Virus record (IMG/VR): IMGVR_UViG_3300049215_000529 | Span: 140,191 to 204,190 of that record | Reading direction: 5' to 3' (one strand) | DNA: 64,000 nucleotides | Shown: positions 38,309 to 47,082 of the stretch, piece by piece | How positions within the stretch are numbered: the first letter of the stretch is position 1 | How the letters are laid out: each line of letters opens with the position of its first letter | Translations under genes and position numbers: made by a program | The notes under the pieces: model-generated | Database searches by the model: none | The model's input: the letters and a program-made list of their open reading frames with translations, nothing else | What the model was told of the DNA's origin: nothing

Positions 38309-38926
38309 TTATTCCAGCATTGCATACAGTTTTTCATTGCCATTGCAATATGTTTTTAATTTTTGTAACCATGCTTGCGATTTTATCTTAAACATTACGG
38401 GCATACGAGCTTTACTGTCGGACGCACCCTTACAAACTACACCCTCAAAAGTCATGCCGGGCAAGGTGGATTGCTTGACCTCATCAAACAATTCTGTATT
38501 AACTTTCCCCTCATATAGTACCTTTGGGGTGTCTAGGTGTCCAAAGTATTTAATAAATTCTTTGGGCTCCAGGATGCCCTGTTTATAGGGGTTCACGTCG
38601 ATCAGCGTTACAGTCAAGTTCTCTTGGAAGTTATGGTTGCCTGCAAACGAACTTGGTCCCCACAACTCAAAGAAGCAAATGACGTCACGCCACCTTTGCT
38701 CTTTGAATACCATTTCCAGATCAGCCGCATATTTGTCCCTCAACAAATTAATCGCGCACCCAAATGGTTTATTGGTTTCATCGATTAATTGGTTCTTGGT
38801 TCCGAACTTATAGAAGCCCCTTTTGGCGTTCCACTCGGCACGGATGTTTGACCCATCTAGCTTGTCAAAAGCATAAATGTAAACTCCGTGTCTAACTTCT
38901 TTTGTAATTGATGGATATGATTTCAT
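38309..38926 (-). CDS. RNA ligase-like nucleotidyltransferase (Rnl2-type core)
   Basis: KLDGSN (motif I), FEL, EGVVCK (IV) and FKIK (V). Confidence 0.75.
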   Translation of the reverse strand: MKSYPSITKEVRHGVYIYAFDKLDGSNIRAEWNAKRGFYKFGTKNQLIDETNKPFGCAINLLRDKYAADLEMVFKEQRWRDVICFFELWGPSSFAGNHNFQENLTVTLIDVNPYKQGILEPKEFIKYFGHLDTPKVLYEGKVNTELFDEVKQSTLPGMTFEGVVCKGASDSKARMPVMFKIKSQAWLQKLKTYCNGNEKLYAMLE

Positions 38927-39240
38927 ATAAATGTTTTTAATGTATTAGAAATAAATGGAACTAATCGGGCATTGATTGCCAGTTCTCGGTAAGCTTTGTG
39001 TTCTTCGCAGCAGCATTCTTCACTAAACAGACGCTCTTCACTATAGAGTACAGTGTATTTGGCGTCATTGGGGCAATCTTTACTGGTATTACATTTTTTT
39101 ATTTAAAAAGGCTTGGTGAGCCCCACCATTAGCTACCCATTGATTAAATTCATAGGCGCGGGCGTCACGCTCCCAACTATCTTCTTTTAAAATGCCGCCA
39201 CCCATATTTACCTGAAAAATGTCTGGTTTTATTTTACATT

Positions 39241-39694
39241 GATAGAATATCGAAACAGATTATACAGAGCCTAAACGCTGGCGACACTATTGTTTTGGAA
39301 GACCTTACTGGTATTCGCAATAGGCGCCTACATAAACCACAACGCACTCTCATCAATAGCTGGTCATACTTCCAGCTTGGTCAATTCTTGACCTATAAGG
39401 CAATGATGAAAGGTATCAGTATCGAATACATCGATGCTCGTTATACCAGCCAAAGATGTAGTGAGTGCGGTTGTATATGTCGAAGCAATCGCAAGCAGCA
39501 CTCTTTCGAGTGCAAGCAATGTGGATTTAGGCTCAATTCAGACTTGAATGCAAGTAGAAATATTTGCAACAAGCATCTTGAAAGCTATAAGCTTTCGGAT
39601 CGGGCTGATGTCAATCAGCCTAACGGCAGCAATGCCAATGTAGGAGCAGCAATGCTACTTACAAGCCACCAGCCTCGTGCTGGTGGTAATTGAC
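39241..39694 (+). mobile_element. tnpB: IS200/IS605-family remnant: C-terminal tnpB plus right end
   Basis: ISKQII...VLEDL...WSYFQL...YTSQRCSECG...CKQCG...DLNASRNI; right-end hairpin CCACCAGC-CTCGT-GCTGGTGG followed by TAATTGAC; N-terminal part absent. Confidence 0.85.
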
Positions 39695-39706
39695 AGGAAA
39701 TACAAA

Positions 39707-39734
39707 AGCCGCCTCATCATTACAATGGGCGGCT
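39707..39734. terminator. Bidirectional intrinsic terminator-like hairpin
   Basis: AGCCGCC...GGCGGCT between the convergent tnpB remnant and groES. Confidence 0.6.
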
Positions 39735-39758
39735 AAAAATTGTTTGAGTTTAATTTTT

Positions 39759-40046
39759 TCAGTCTCTGAGAACGCAGGTAACGTTGTCTTCTCTTAAGAC
39801 GAAGACAGTTTCTCCGCCATGAGAAACTTCAGTAGCCATATTCTTGTTAAACTTTACTTCATCGCCAACAACAACATCTAATGGTATAATCGCGCCCTGT
39901 TGTGTAACACGACCAGAGCCAACTCTAACTACCTTACCAGTAACTAGCTTCTCTTCGATAGTATCTGGTCTAATAATAAGTCCCTCTTGCTTCTTAGCAG
40001 TGACAACAGTAACAACAATTTGATCTCTAATTGGATGAACGCTCAT
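39759..40046 (-). CDS. groES: Co-chaperonin GroES
   Basis: HPIRDQIVV, GKVVRVGSG and VVVGDEV motifs; GGAG SD. Confidence 0.92.
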   Translation of the reverse strand: MSVHPIRDQIVVTVVTAKKQEGLIIRPDTIEEKLVTGKVVRVGSGRVTQQGAIIPLDVVVGDEVKFNKNMATEVSHGGETVFVLREDNVTCVLRD

Positions 40047-40070
40047 GTGTAATCTCCTACACAAAATATA

Positions 40071-40589
40071 TCAGCCACAATCAGATTCTATTATTCTAAT
40101 CAATTGCTCGAAACAAAATTTGATGCGACGACGCTCACACATTTCAGTAAAATTAATATCAAACTGATAAATACTCATATAATCGGCAAATGTCATGGGT
40201 CTAATTTTTAGAACTTGGCACGCCTGCTGAATGATGGTATTGGGGACCGCAATGTCGGTTTTAAGACATTCCTCTTTGGCTATATTCAATACTTTGATTC
40301 TAAGATTGTTGTAATATAATTTTTTATATTTTTCAATCTTATCTTCCGAGAAATTAAATTGCTTACAATAATCAAAGAAAGGTTTATTTCCCCTCTTATT
40401 ATTACAATAAGAGCATGATACGGTTAGATTTGTACTATTGAATGTACCCTTCTTACTGTCTGGAACAATATGTTCCATGGTAACAGTTTCGTCTGTTAAT
40501 ACTTTATCACAGTAGCAACAAATCATCCCATCACGATCAATAACATGTTCTTTAATTCTTTTTTGTCGTTTTCTTTCTTGTGCGCCCAT
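40071..40589 (-). CDS. HNH endonuclease
   Basis: CCYC...TMEHIVP...NLTVSCSYCNNKRG. Confidence 0.85.
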   Translation of the reverse strand: MGAQERKRQKRIKEHVIDRDGMICCYCDKVLTDETVTMEHIVPDSKKGTFNSTNLTVSCSYCNNKRGNKPFFDYCKQFNFSEDKIEKYKKLYYNNLRIKVLNIAKEECLKTDIAVPNTIIQQACQVLKIRPMTFADYMSIYQFDINFTEMCERRRIKFCFEQLIRIIESDCG

Positions 40590-40590
40590 A

Positions 40591-41268
40591 TTAACTCTTT
40601 ACTAGTAAGTGAGAACAGTCATTAATACTAATCAGTCTCCAACCTTCTTTTCCAAAAGAAAGCTTTGATACTGAAGTATTGTCTATAGTTACCTTCCAAG
40701 TAAAATTTCTTTCAAAACCCATTACATAATGTAATAGGCACTTTATAGTCATGCCATGACTGAAGCAAGCAATGTTGAGTGGAGGGTGTTCGTTCTCTTT
40801 TTTCCAGGCAGAAAGCTCTGCCATTTCTTTATTGTATAAAATTGTTTCTTCCAACCATCTAGAAGCTCGACGCTCTACCTGAGTCATTGATTCACCACTG
40901 GGTGGCAAGAATCCATGATGAAGGTAGCCCATTCTTAACTTCATTTGGTCATTAAGTGTTTCTTTTCTGCTGGCATTAGTCCAATCGCCCGCGTCATATT
41001 CTCGCAGCGGCTCAGCCAAAATAATTTCTTGGGACGACTCTCCGCGAACAATCTGTGCAGTATTGAGTGCGCGAGTGTAATCAGAAGAATATATTTTATC
41101 GAAATAATTTCCATCCAGCACAAACTTATTATGTAATGCTCTTGCTTGCCGCCTACCTACATCGGTTAACTGGACATCTGCCCGTTGCCCCATAATATCT
41201 GGCTTGATGTTAATCTCAGATTGTCCGTGTCGAATAAGGCTAAGCGTAAATTGAATGTCAGCGAGCAT
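40591..41268 (-). CDS. Histidine phosphatase family protein
   Basis: LIRHGQS, SSDYTRA, LRE, GES and FSHG motifs. Confidence 0.9.
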   Translation of the reverse strand: MLADIQFTLSLIRHGQSEINIKPDIMGQRADVQLTDVGRRQARALHNKFVLDGNYFDKIYSSDYTRALNTAQIVRGESSQEIILAEPLREYDAGDWTNASRKETLNDQMKLRMGYLHHGFLPPSGESMTQVERRASRWLEETILYNKEMAELSAWKKENEHPPLNIACFSHGMTIKCLLHYVMGFERNFTWKVTIDNTSVSKLSFGKEGWRLISINDCSHLLVKS

Positions 41269-41671
41269 CCTCGGTGGTCCTTCCGATAGTTAAGTGGAAT
41301 CCAAAGCGTGGCTCTCTAGATAGTCCATATTTCTCTCTGAGTTCAGAAAGATACGGACATTTAGCTTTGAGCCAATAGTATTCCTTGTTGTCTATAACAC
41401 CACCATCATATTCGAATTCAACAAGTTTATTAGCATCTAAACCCCACAGTTTTATGTTGGGGATGAACTCGCCTCGTATTACGGAGACGTGAGTGCCCCA
41501 TACAGGACGGGTTAATTTACCAATTCGCTCACCGTTTAGGTAAGGGTAATCCTTGGTAAACAGGTGCCTGTAGTATTTGGAAATCTCATCATCGCACATC
41601 AATACTAGCCACTTTTCAGAGGAAGACAAGTGGGTGCGCGGAGAATACACCAATTTACCAACAGACTTCAT
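41258..41671 (-). CDS. 2H phosphoesterase superfamily protein
   Basis: Two HxS/T motifs: THVSV and FHLTI. Confidence 0.72.
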   Translation of the reverse strand: MKSVGKLVYSPRTHLSSSEKWLVLMCDDEISKYYRHLFTKDYPYLNGERIGKLTRPVWGTHVSVIRGEFIPNIKLWGLDANKLVEFEYDGGVIDNKEYYWLKAKCPYLSELREKYGLSREPRFGFHLTIGRTTEDAR

Positions 41672-42072
41672 AAAAATACTTTCAATCGATTAATCTTGTG
41701 AACAACTTTTAGAATGTGACAAATTTTATCAACAATCTCATTAGGAGAGTTAGAGTCAAATGTGGCTTCGTAATGATCAATAACAAATATTTTTTTGATT
41801 TCTTCTATCTCTTGAAACCTGTTATCAATAAGTGGTACAATAGTTTTCTCTGCGATGATTTCGCCCTCTTTGTCACGCGTCAATTCAGTTAGACTAAGTG
41901 TGACAGTGCGCCCGGTTTGGCTTCCTTCCGGTCTAACTACTTCTGCTATGACCTTGTAGTGCGGTAAGACTAGATAGTAATTGACCTGAGGAAGCGTACT
42001 TATATAGAACGCTGCCTGCTTTCTAAACTTAGAAAGGTCTAATTTTTCACCAAAATCTAATCGTAATTTCAT
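41668..42072 (-). CDS. Hypothetical protein
   Basis: Start reassigned to MKLRLDF, directly after the tRNA CCA. Confidence 0.6.
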   Translation of the reverse strand: MKLRLDFGEKLDLSKFRKQAAFYISTLPQVNYYLVLPHYKVIAEVVRPEGSQTGRTVTLSLTELTRDKEGEIIAEKTIVPLIDNRFQEIEEIKKIFVIDHYEATFDSNSPNEIVDKICHILKVVHKINRLKVFL

Positions 42073-42145
42073 GGTTCCGGGGTTGGGGATCGAACCCAAA
42101 TCAGATCATTCGGAATAACCTATCCTGCCATTAGACGAACCCGGA
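42072..42145 (-). tRNA. tRNA with anticodon CCG (Arg) on a Gln-like body
   Basis: Cloverleaf; loop TTCCGAA; U1:A72; D arm nearly identical to the adjacent tRNA-Gln; encoded CCA. Confidence 0.75.
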
Positions 42146-42219
42146 TGGCTGGGATACTAGGATTCGAACCTAGATAAAAGGATTCAGAGACCTTTGTCCT
42201 GCCGTTAGACGATATCCCA
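42146..42219 (-). tRNA. tRNA-Gln(CTG)
   Basis: Cloverleaf; loop CTCTGAA; U1:A72; G73; CCA. Confidence 0.93.
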
Positions 42220-42246
42220 ATCAACATAATGTAAACTTATTACCAG

Positions 42247-42447
42247 TCACTTCTTTAATACAACCGGTTGTCTAGAAGAGCAGTAACGCTTGCAATTTTC
42301 CAAAAACTCTTCTTCTGGAGACAATTTTTTAATCATGTCTCCCGGCTTAGTTTCCACTGTTCCATCACGAACTTTACTTGGCATTTGTCTGCTGAGCCAC
42401 CAATAAGAGGCGTCAACTAGCTTGAGAAAAACATCGACAGCTTTCAT
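42247..42447 (-). CDS. Hypothetical protein
   Basis: 66-aa ORF with ATGA overlap. Confidence 0.5.
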   Translation of the reverse strand: MKAVDVFLKLVDASYWWLSRQMPSKVRDGTVETKPGDMIKKLSPEEEFLENCKRYCSSRQPVVLKK

Positions 42448-42845
42448 TCAGCATAATCCAAGAAGGGATGCCACCCAAGTGTATCCAACCAAAAATTGCA
42501 GAACGTATGGTAATCCTGAGTAACTACGTCTTCAGCGAAAGCTTTCTTTAGTTTGGTAAGCTCATCAAAATAAGTATCCTTATCTTGCCTTAAAACGTCC
42601 ACTTGCTTTGCAAGCATATCAGATGCAACACGCGGCTCCCAATTAATAGCGAGAGCTGTGTTGGTTTTAACCTTACGAAGCTCTATCTCTACTTCATCAA
42701 GACGATCAAATAACAAATCAAATGCATCAACCATCTTTGCAAAGAACTCAATCGGATCTTTATTTCCAATCATGTGCTTCATATCTTTTAATACATCTTC
42801 ACGTTTCATGTTATGCTTTCTCGCTCTCGTTTTGATTTTTCCCAA
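42444..42845 (-). CDS. Hypothetical helical protein
   Basis: 133-aa ORF. Confidence 0.65.
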   Translation of the reverse strand: MGKIKTRARKHNMKREDVLKDMKHMIGNKDPIEFFAKMVDAFDLLFDRLDEVEIELRKVKTNTALAINWEPRVASDMLAKQVDVLRQDKDTYFDELTKLKKAFAEDVVTQDYHTFCNFWLDTLGWHPFLDYAE

Positions 42846-43162
42846 AATTCTTTGTATTCCTTGATATCCCGCTCTAATTCGGAAGGCAGATTATTCATGC
42901 GCAACCAAAACTCTTTAATGAGTGAACCAGACATATCATCTGCATGAGTAAACCCTAAGGAAGTCATTTGGGCGGCTAAGGGTCCACCACTCCAAAGTCC
43001 CCAGTTGTTACGCATCCACCTACCCAAACCATGATGATATCTATACAGATCTTCTCTAGTACCCTTGGTCAACTCAATTTGTTCCTCAGGAGATAATATC
43101 TTGGTTAGAGCCACCATCGCCTCTTCAAAAGTGGTGGGGACTTCAGCATTTTTTGAATTCAT
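42806..43162 (-). CDS. Hypothetical protein (DUF6794-like)
   Basis: HHGLGRWMRNNWGLW and HADDMSG motifs. Confidence 0.65.
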   Translation of the reverse strand: MNSKNAEVPTTFEEAMVALTKILSPEEQIELTKGTREDLYRYHHGLGRWMRNNWGLWSGGPLAAQMTSLGFTHADDMSGSLIKEFWLRMNNLPSELERDIKEYKEFWEKSKRERESIT

Positions 43163-43458
43163 TGGCTAACCAAGTCGCCTAACTCTTGAACTGGATCTTT
43201 TGGTTGCACGGTCATGGCAACAAACTTGTTAGCAAGTTCCTTTAATGCCGAAGGAAGATCGCTTCCCTGAGCCTTGCAAACTACCAACTTATCCTTGGCG
43301 AATGCACCAGTATAACGAACCACAGAGCAATAATAGCCCTTCTTGAGAGCAGAGACTGTAACTCCTGGAGACGTCTTGTCGTCGCGAAACCTAAAGCTAA
43401 CCGCCTTAGTTAGTTTGTCCATCAATTGATCGGTTGTAACATTCATATTCTTCTTCAT
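43159..43458 (-). CDS. Hypothetical protein
   Basis: 99-aa coupled ORF. Confidence 0.65.
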   Translation of the reverse strand: MKKNMNVTTDQLMDKLTKAVSFRFRDDKTSPGVTVSALKKGYYCSVVRYTGAFAKDKLVVCKAQGSDLPSALKELANKFVAMTVQPKDPVQELGDLVSQ

Positions 43459-43473
43459 AGTATACCTTTATTG

Positions 43474-44331
43474 TTATGCACCAACTTGGCAACGGATAAA
43501 TCCAACTACTTGAATGTCTCCGCCCAGTTTGGCGCTCATATTTTTCACGACCTGTTGAACTGAAGTCTTAGGCTGAACCACTGACTCCTGCTCTAACAAA
43601 CAGACTTCAGTATGCCACTTCTTGAACTTTCCTTCTAAAATCTTTGCCCAAGCAGCCTGAGGTTTGTTCATTTCCTTCAGTTGCGCTTCAAAGATTCCCC
43701 TTTGTCTTTCAACTACCTCGGCTGGTAAAGAGTCAACAGAAACTGCAACTGAACTCATGGCTGCCACTTGCATTGCTAATTCCTCTCCAAGAGTTTTGAA
43801 ATCTTCAGTATTAGCCGCCTCTACCGAGGGAGCTACCATGGAAAGCAAGACACCAATCTTATTATTGGAGTGTATGTAGTGACACACTCTGCCAGCCTCT
43901 GGCATCACTTGCTCAACCCACCAACGACGAATGACAATGTTCTCTTTAGTTTTAGAGATTAAGTCCTTTCGTGCATTTTCCAAGACGTCGCAATCATGAT
44001 AGAATGGATTAGACTGAGCTACATCGGATCCAAGTTGGAAAGATACTAGATCCACAAACTTATTAAAGTCAGGACTATTAGCAACAAAATCAGTCTGGCA
44101 ATTGACCTCGACCATACTCTTGGTTCGATTATCTCCAACATGACCAATGCGAACAATACCTTCCGTAGCAACATTATTGCTGGTGCGGGAGACTACATTA
44201 AGACCTTTGATCTTTACGATATCCACTGCCTTTTGCAAGTCCCATGCGGCTTCTTCGAGGGCATCTTTGCAGTCCTTCATGCCAGCTTGAGTAAGTGCTC
44301 GTAACTCTTTGATCAGATCAGTGTTGTTCAT
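43474..44331 (-). CDS. tsf: Translation elongation factor Ts
   Basis: IKELRALTQAGMKDCKDAL, EVNCQTDFVA, YIH and AMQVAA motifs. Confidence 0.96.
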   Translation of the reverse strand: MNNTDLIKELRALTQAGMKDCKDALEEAAWDLQKAVDIVKIKGLNVVSRTSNNVATEGIVRIGHVGDNRTKSMVEVNCQTDFVANSPDFNKFVDLVSFQLGSDVAQSNPFYHDCDVLENARKDLISKTKENIVIRRWWVEQVMPEAGRVCHYIHSNNKIGVLLSMVAPSVEAANTEDFKTLGEELAMQVAAMSSVAVSVDSLPAEVVERQRGIFEAQLKEMNKPQAAWAKILEGKFKKWHTEVCLLEQESVVQPKTSVQQVVKNMSAKLGGDIQVVGFIRCQVGA

Positions 44332-44347
44332 AGTAATACCTTTGCGC

Positions 44348-44375
44348 AAAGTAAATCTTAAAAATTGTAAGTCAA
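44348..44375 (-). promoter_or_regulatory. Sigma70-like promoter for tsf
   Basis: TTGACT-N16-TACTTT. Confidence 0.45.
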
Positions 44376-44508
44376 GGGCGGCAAATTTTTAATATAATCC
44401 AAATATCTTGAGCCGCCTCGACTCATATAACGATTCCTGCCTCTTTTTAATTTATAAACTTAATGTGAATAATAGATCATACTGATAATAGAATTAGAGA
44501 GGAACAAT

Positions 44509-45249
44509 ATGCTTATTGCTGTTATTAATCAATCTACAATGGTAAATAATATTGATGTAAATACCATGTGCCAAGCCATTCAAATTCAGCTTAGTCTGCA
44601 TGTACTACCTGCTTATAATATGAAGGCAGCTACTGTTACTTTCTATGCCGATAAAACTAAAGTCCCAGGCTATGCTTGGGTAATTAGCGTGCTTGATAAC
44701 TCTACACAAGCTGGCGCTCTTGGTTATCACTCCGAAGACAATGATAAGGTTGATGGATACATCTTTGCTCAACCAGTTTTAAGTAATGCTGGGGTGGTAT
44801 TGTATGATACAAACAATCCACAAAATGTCAGCGTTGCTTCTGTATTGAGTCATGAAATTTGTGAAATGGTTGGTGATCGCTTTGCCAATGCATGGGTCGA
44901 TGGTCCAGCCATCGCTCAAGGTAGCGAATATGCTCAAGAATTATGCGATCCAGTAGAAGGCGATTCTTATGCCATTACTGTTAATGGTGCAAAGGTTTCA
45001 GTATCTAACTTCATCTTTCCTTCTTGGTTCAATCCAGAAGCAACGACAGTTAACTTGCCATTTGATTATCTAGGAAAACTCAAAGCACCATTTACCATGA
45101 CTCCTGGCGGCTACATGATCGTTCGTCAGTCTGGTACGGTCTCTCAAGTATTTGGTGAAGAGATGCCAGAATGGAAGAGAGAAGTTAAGCGTGCCAAAGC
45201 AGCTAAGCGTCCTTCTAAGACTAGAAAAAAGTTTCTAGGAATATTCTAA
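44509..45249 (+). CDS. Putative zincin-like metallopeptidase
   Basis: LGYH and SHEICEM (HExxE) motifs, then ELCDPVE. Confidence 0.55.
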   Translation: MLIAVINQSTMVNNIDVNTMCQAIQIQLSLHVLPAYNMKAATVTFYADKTKVPGYAWVISVLDNSTQAGALGYHSEDNDKVDGYIFAQPVLSNAGVVLYDTNNPQNVSVASVLSHEICEMVGDRFANAWVDGPAIAQGSEYAQELCDPVEGDSYAITVNGAKVSVSNFIFPSWFNPEATTVNLPFDYLGKLKAPFTMTPGGYMIVRQSGTVSQVFGEEMPEWKREVKRAKAAKRPSKTRKKFLGIF

Positions 45250-45253
45250 ATAA

Positions 45254-45331
45254 TGGAGCGGGTGATGGGACTCGAACCCATGATGATGTCTGCTTGGAAG
45301 GCAGATGCCGTCGCCACTGAGCCACACCCGC
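45254..45331 (-). tRNA. tRNA-Gly(TCC)
   Basis: GCGGG acceptor; loop CTTCCAA; U73; CCA. Confidence 0.92.
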
Positions 45332-45354
45332 ATTTTAACAGCTTTGCACTTACT

Positions 45355-45428
45355 TGGAGCGGTTAACGAGAATCGAACTCGTGTCCCTAGAATGGCAATC
45401 TAGGATTCTACCATTGGACCATAACCGC
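45355..45428 (-). tRNA. tRNA-Gly(GCC)
   Basis: Loop TTGCCAT; U73; CCA. Confidence 0.92.
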
Positions 45429-45432
45429 TTAA

Positions 45433-45554
45433 TAGACGACTAAAATTGATGAGATCTTTTTCCAATCTCTTACGAGAAAGGTTGATGGGTTTGAACCATC
45501 TATTCTAAAGTTTCCCTTAGAAATTTACCATGTAATCACATCAGCATTCGTCTG
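45433..45554. ncRNA. Possible structured or degenerate tRNA-like element between Gly tRNAs
   Basis: Terminal complementarity TAGACGA/TCGTCTG, inner TGATG/CATCA, and three hairpins including the T-arm-like GATGG-TTCAAAC-CCATC on the minus strand. Confidence 0.35.
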
Positions 45555-45629
45555 TGGAGCGGATGACGGGGCTCGAACCCGTGACATTCTGCTTGGCAAG
45601 CAGACATTCTACCACTGAATTACATCCGC
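45555..45629 (-). tRNA. tRNA-Gly(GCC)
   Basis: Loop TTGCCAA; U73; CCA. Confidence 0.94.
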
Positions 45630-45635
45630 ATGGTA

Positions 45636-45709
45636 TGGAGCGGGCAACCGGAATCGAACCGGTATAGCTAGCTTGGAAGGCTAGAGCACAACCATTATGC
45701 CATGCCCGC
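45636..45709 (-). tRNA. tRNA-Gly(TCC)
   Basis: Loop CTTCCAA; U73; CCA. Confidence 0.93.
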
Positions 45710-45718
45710 GTATTCATT

Positions 45719-45746
45719 ATTATATCACGTTATGCCCTATTGTCAA
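45719..45746 (-). promoter_or_regulatory. Consensus sigma70 promoter for the tRNA-Gly cluster
   Basis: TTGACA-N16-TATAAT with a TG extended -10, 10 nt upstream of the first tRNA. Confidence 0.8.
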
Positions 45747-45832
45747 TCCCGACTATTGTTAAAAATTCTATCACTTATCTGTCATAGAATTAAGTTAAAT
45801 TAAGTTTTGGCTCTACTTAAAAAGAGGATAAT

Positions 45833-46783
45833 ATGACTGCTCACTCACCATTTGCTTGTGCTTTCGCTGGTATGGCACGTTTGCCAGGAGCAACCAATAA
45901 GGTTGTGCTTCTTGATTCAGGATCGTACCCAGCATTTTCTAACTATGTAAATGCAACTTGGACCTGGAACGGTACCGACTGGACTGCCGTTACTACTGCT
46001 GCTAACGGTATTGACTCTGCTGGTCCATTACCTAGCCGCCAAAATTTTGCGATGACTTATGATGGAACTAACATCATGATGTATGGTGGTCAGGCAGGTT
46101 CTGAAACTGGCGGTTCCTTAAATGATACTTGGACTTGGAACGGAACCGTTTGGGCTAAGGCAACAGGTACCGCACCATTCGCACGTACTTATGCTGAAGC
46201 TTGTCAGTTTAATACTGGTGCTACTTCTGCTATTATGTTCGGCGGATTCGGTGGTGGTGGCGGTGGTACGTTCCTAAATGAAACATGGTCTTGGAACGGT
46301 GCATCTAAGCAATGGTCCCAAATAACCACAGCTGCATCTCCTCCTGCTAGAATCGGACACTGTATGGACGGTGGACCTTCTTACACCATTATGTTTGGTG
46401 GTCAAGGAACCAACTCTCTTCTAAACGATACCTGGAAATATGATGGTACCAACTGGACCCAACTAAACCCAGCAACAGTTCCTTCTGTAAGAACTGGCGC
46501 TCAAATGTGTTATGACCAAACTCGTAACGTATGGGTTATGTTCGGCGGACAAAACACCGCAGGTCGTTTGGCAGAAACCTGGATCTTTGACGGAACCAAC
46601 TGGACACTATGTGGTCCTCAAAACTCCCCAGCTGGAGTTACTTGGGGTCAAATGTGCTGGGACGGTCATACAAACAGAGTTATGATGTTTGGTGGCTTTA
46701 ACTCAGGTGACAGTTCAATTTCTACTGGCGCAGTTACATCTCAAACCTGGGCTTGGTCTGGAACTACCTGGTCTCAACTATAA
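45833..46783 (+). CDS. Kelch/galactose-oxidase-like beta-propeller protein
   Basis: Repeated MFGG...TWxWNGxxW units; GAGGA SD. Confidence 0.8.
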   Translation: MTAHSPFACAFAGMARLPGATNKVVLLDSGSYPAFSNYVNATWTWNGTDWTAVTTAANGIDSAGPLPSRQNFAMTYDGTNIMMYGGQAGSETGGSLNDTWTWNGTVWAKATGTAPFARTYAEACQFNTGATSAIMFGGFGGGGGGTFLNETWSWNGASKQWSQITTAASPPARIGHCMDGGPSYTIMFGGQGTNSLLNDTWKYDGTNWTQLNPATVPSVRTGAQMCYDQTRNVWVMFGGQNTAGRLAETWIFDGTNWTLCGPQNSPAGVTWGQMCWDGHTNRVMMFGGFNSGDSSISTGAVTSQTWAWSGTTWSQL

Positions 46784-47043
46784 CCTTTGAGCTTGCCCCA
46801 GGCAAGCCAAATGTTTGCAATGTCTTCGTGAACTCCCCGCGATTCCTCTGGAACGTGGGGATGTTCTTTTGTGGGAACTAAATCAAACAAGAGATGATGA
46901 ATAGTCCAACTAGGATCAATCTTATCTGCCTCTAACAAAAAGCCTACAATTACATCAGGCTCTGCTTTCCCCCCAATGTAACATTGCTTGATAATATGGG
47001 TGTTTTGTTTCAGTGAAGGAAAGAAACTTAGTCTCTTCCTCAA
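46774..47043 (-). CDS. Hypothetical protein
   Basis: 89-aa ORF. Confidence 0.45.
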   Translation of the reverse strand: MRKRLSFFPSLKQNTHIIKQCYIGGKAEPDVIVGFLLEADKIDPSWTIHHLLFDLVPTKEHPHVPEESRGVHEDIANIWLAWGKLKGYS

Positions 47044-47082
47044 ATGAAGAGAGTAGAAATTTGAATATTTCTTTCTTGTTAA

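Noticed and set aside
39225-39245. TTGAT as the IS left-end target motif for the tnpB remnant
   Set aside because: It sits at the internal truncation point of tnpB, not at a left-end hairpin, so it is likely coincidental.
42070-42099. Track start of ORF 41668..42099 and of 60893..61408 inside tRNA genes
   Set aside because: These upstream starts fall within tRNA sequences; downstream ATGs just after the CCA are more plausible.
45433-45554. Hammerhead ribozyme or glycine riboswitch in the tRNA-Gly spacer
   Set aside because: The CUGAUGA/GAAA core and glycine aptamer consensus are not properly present.
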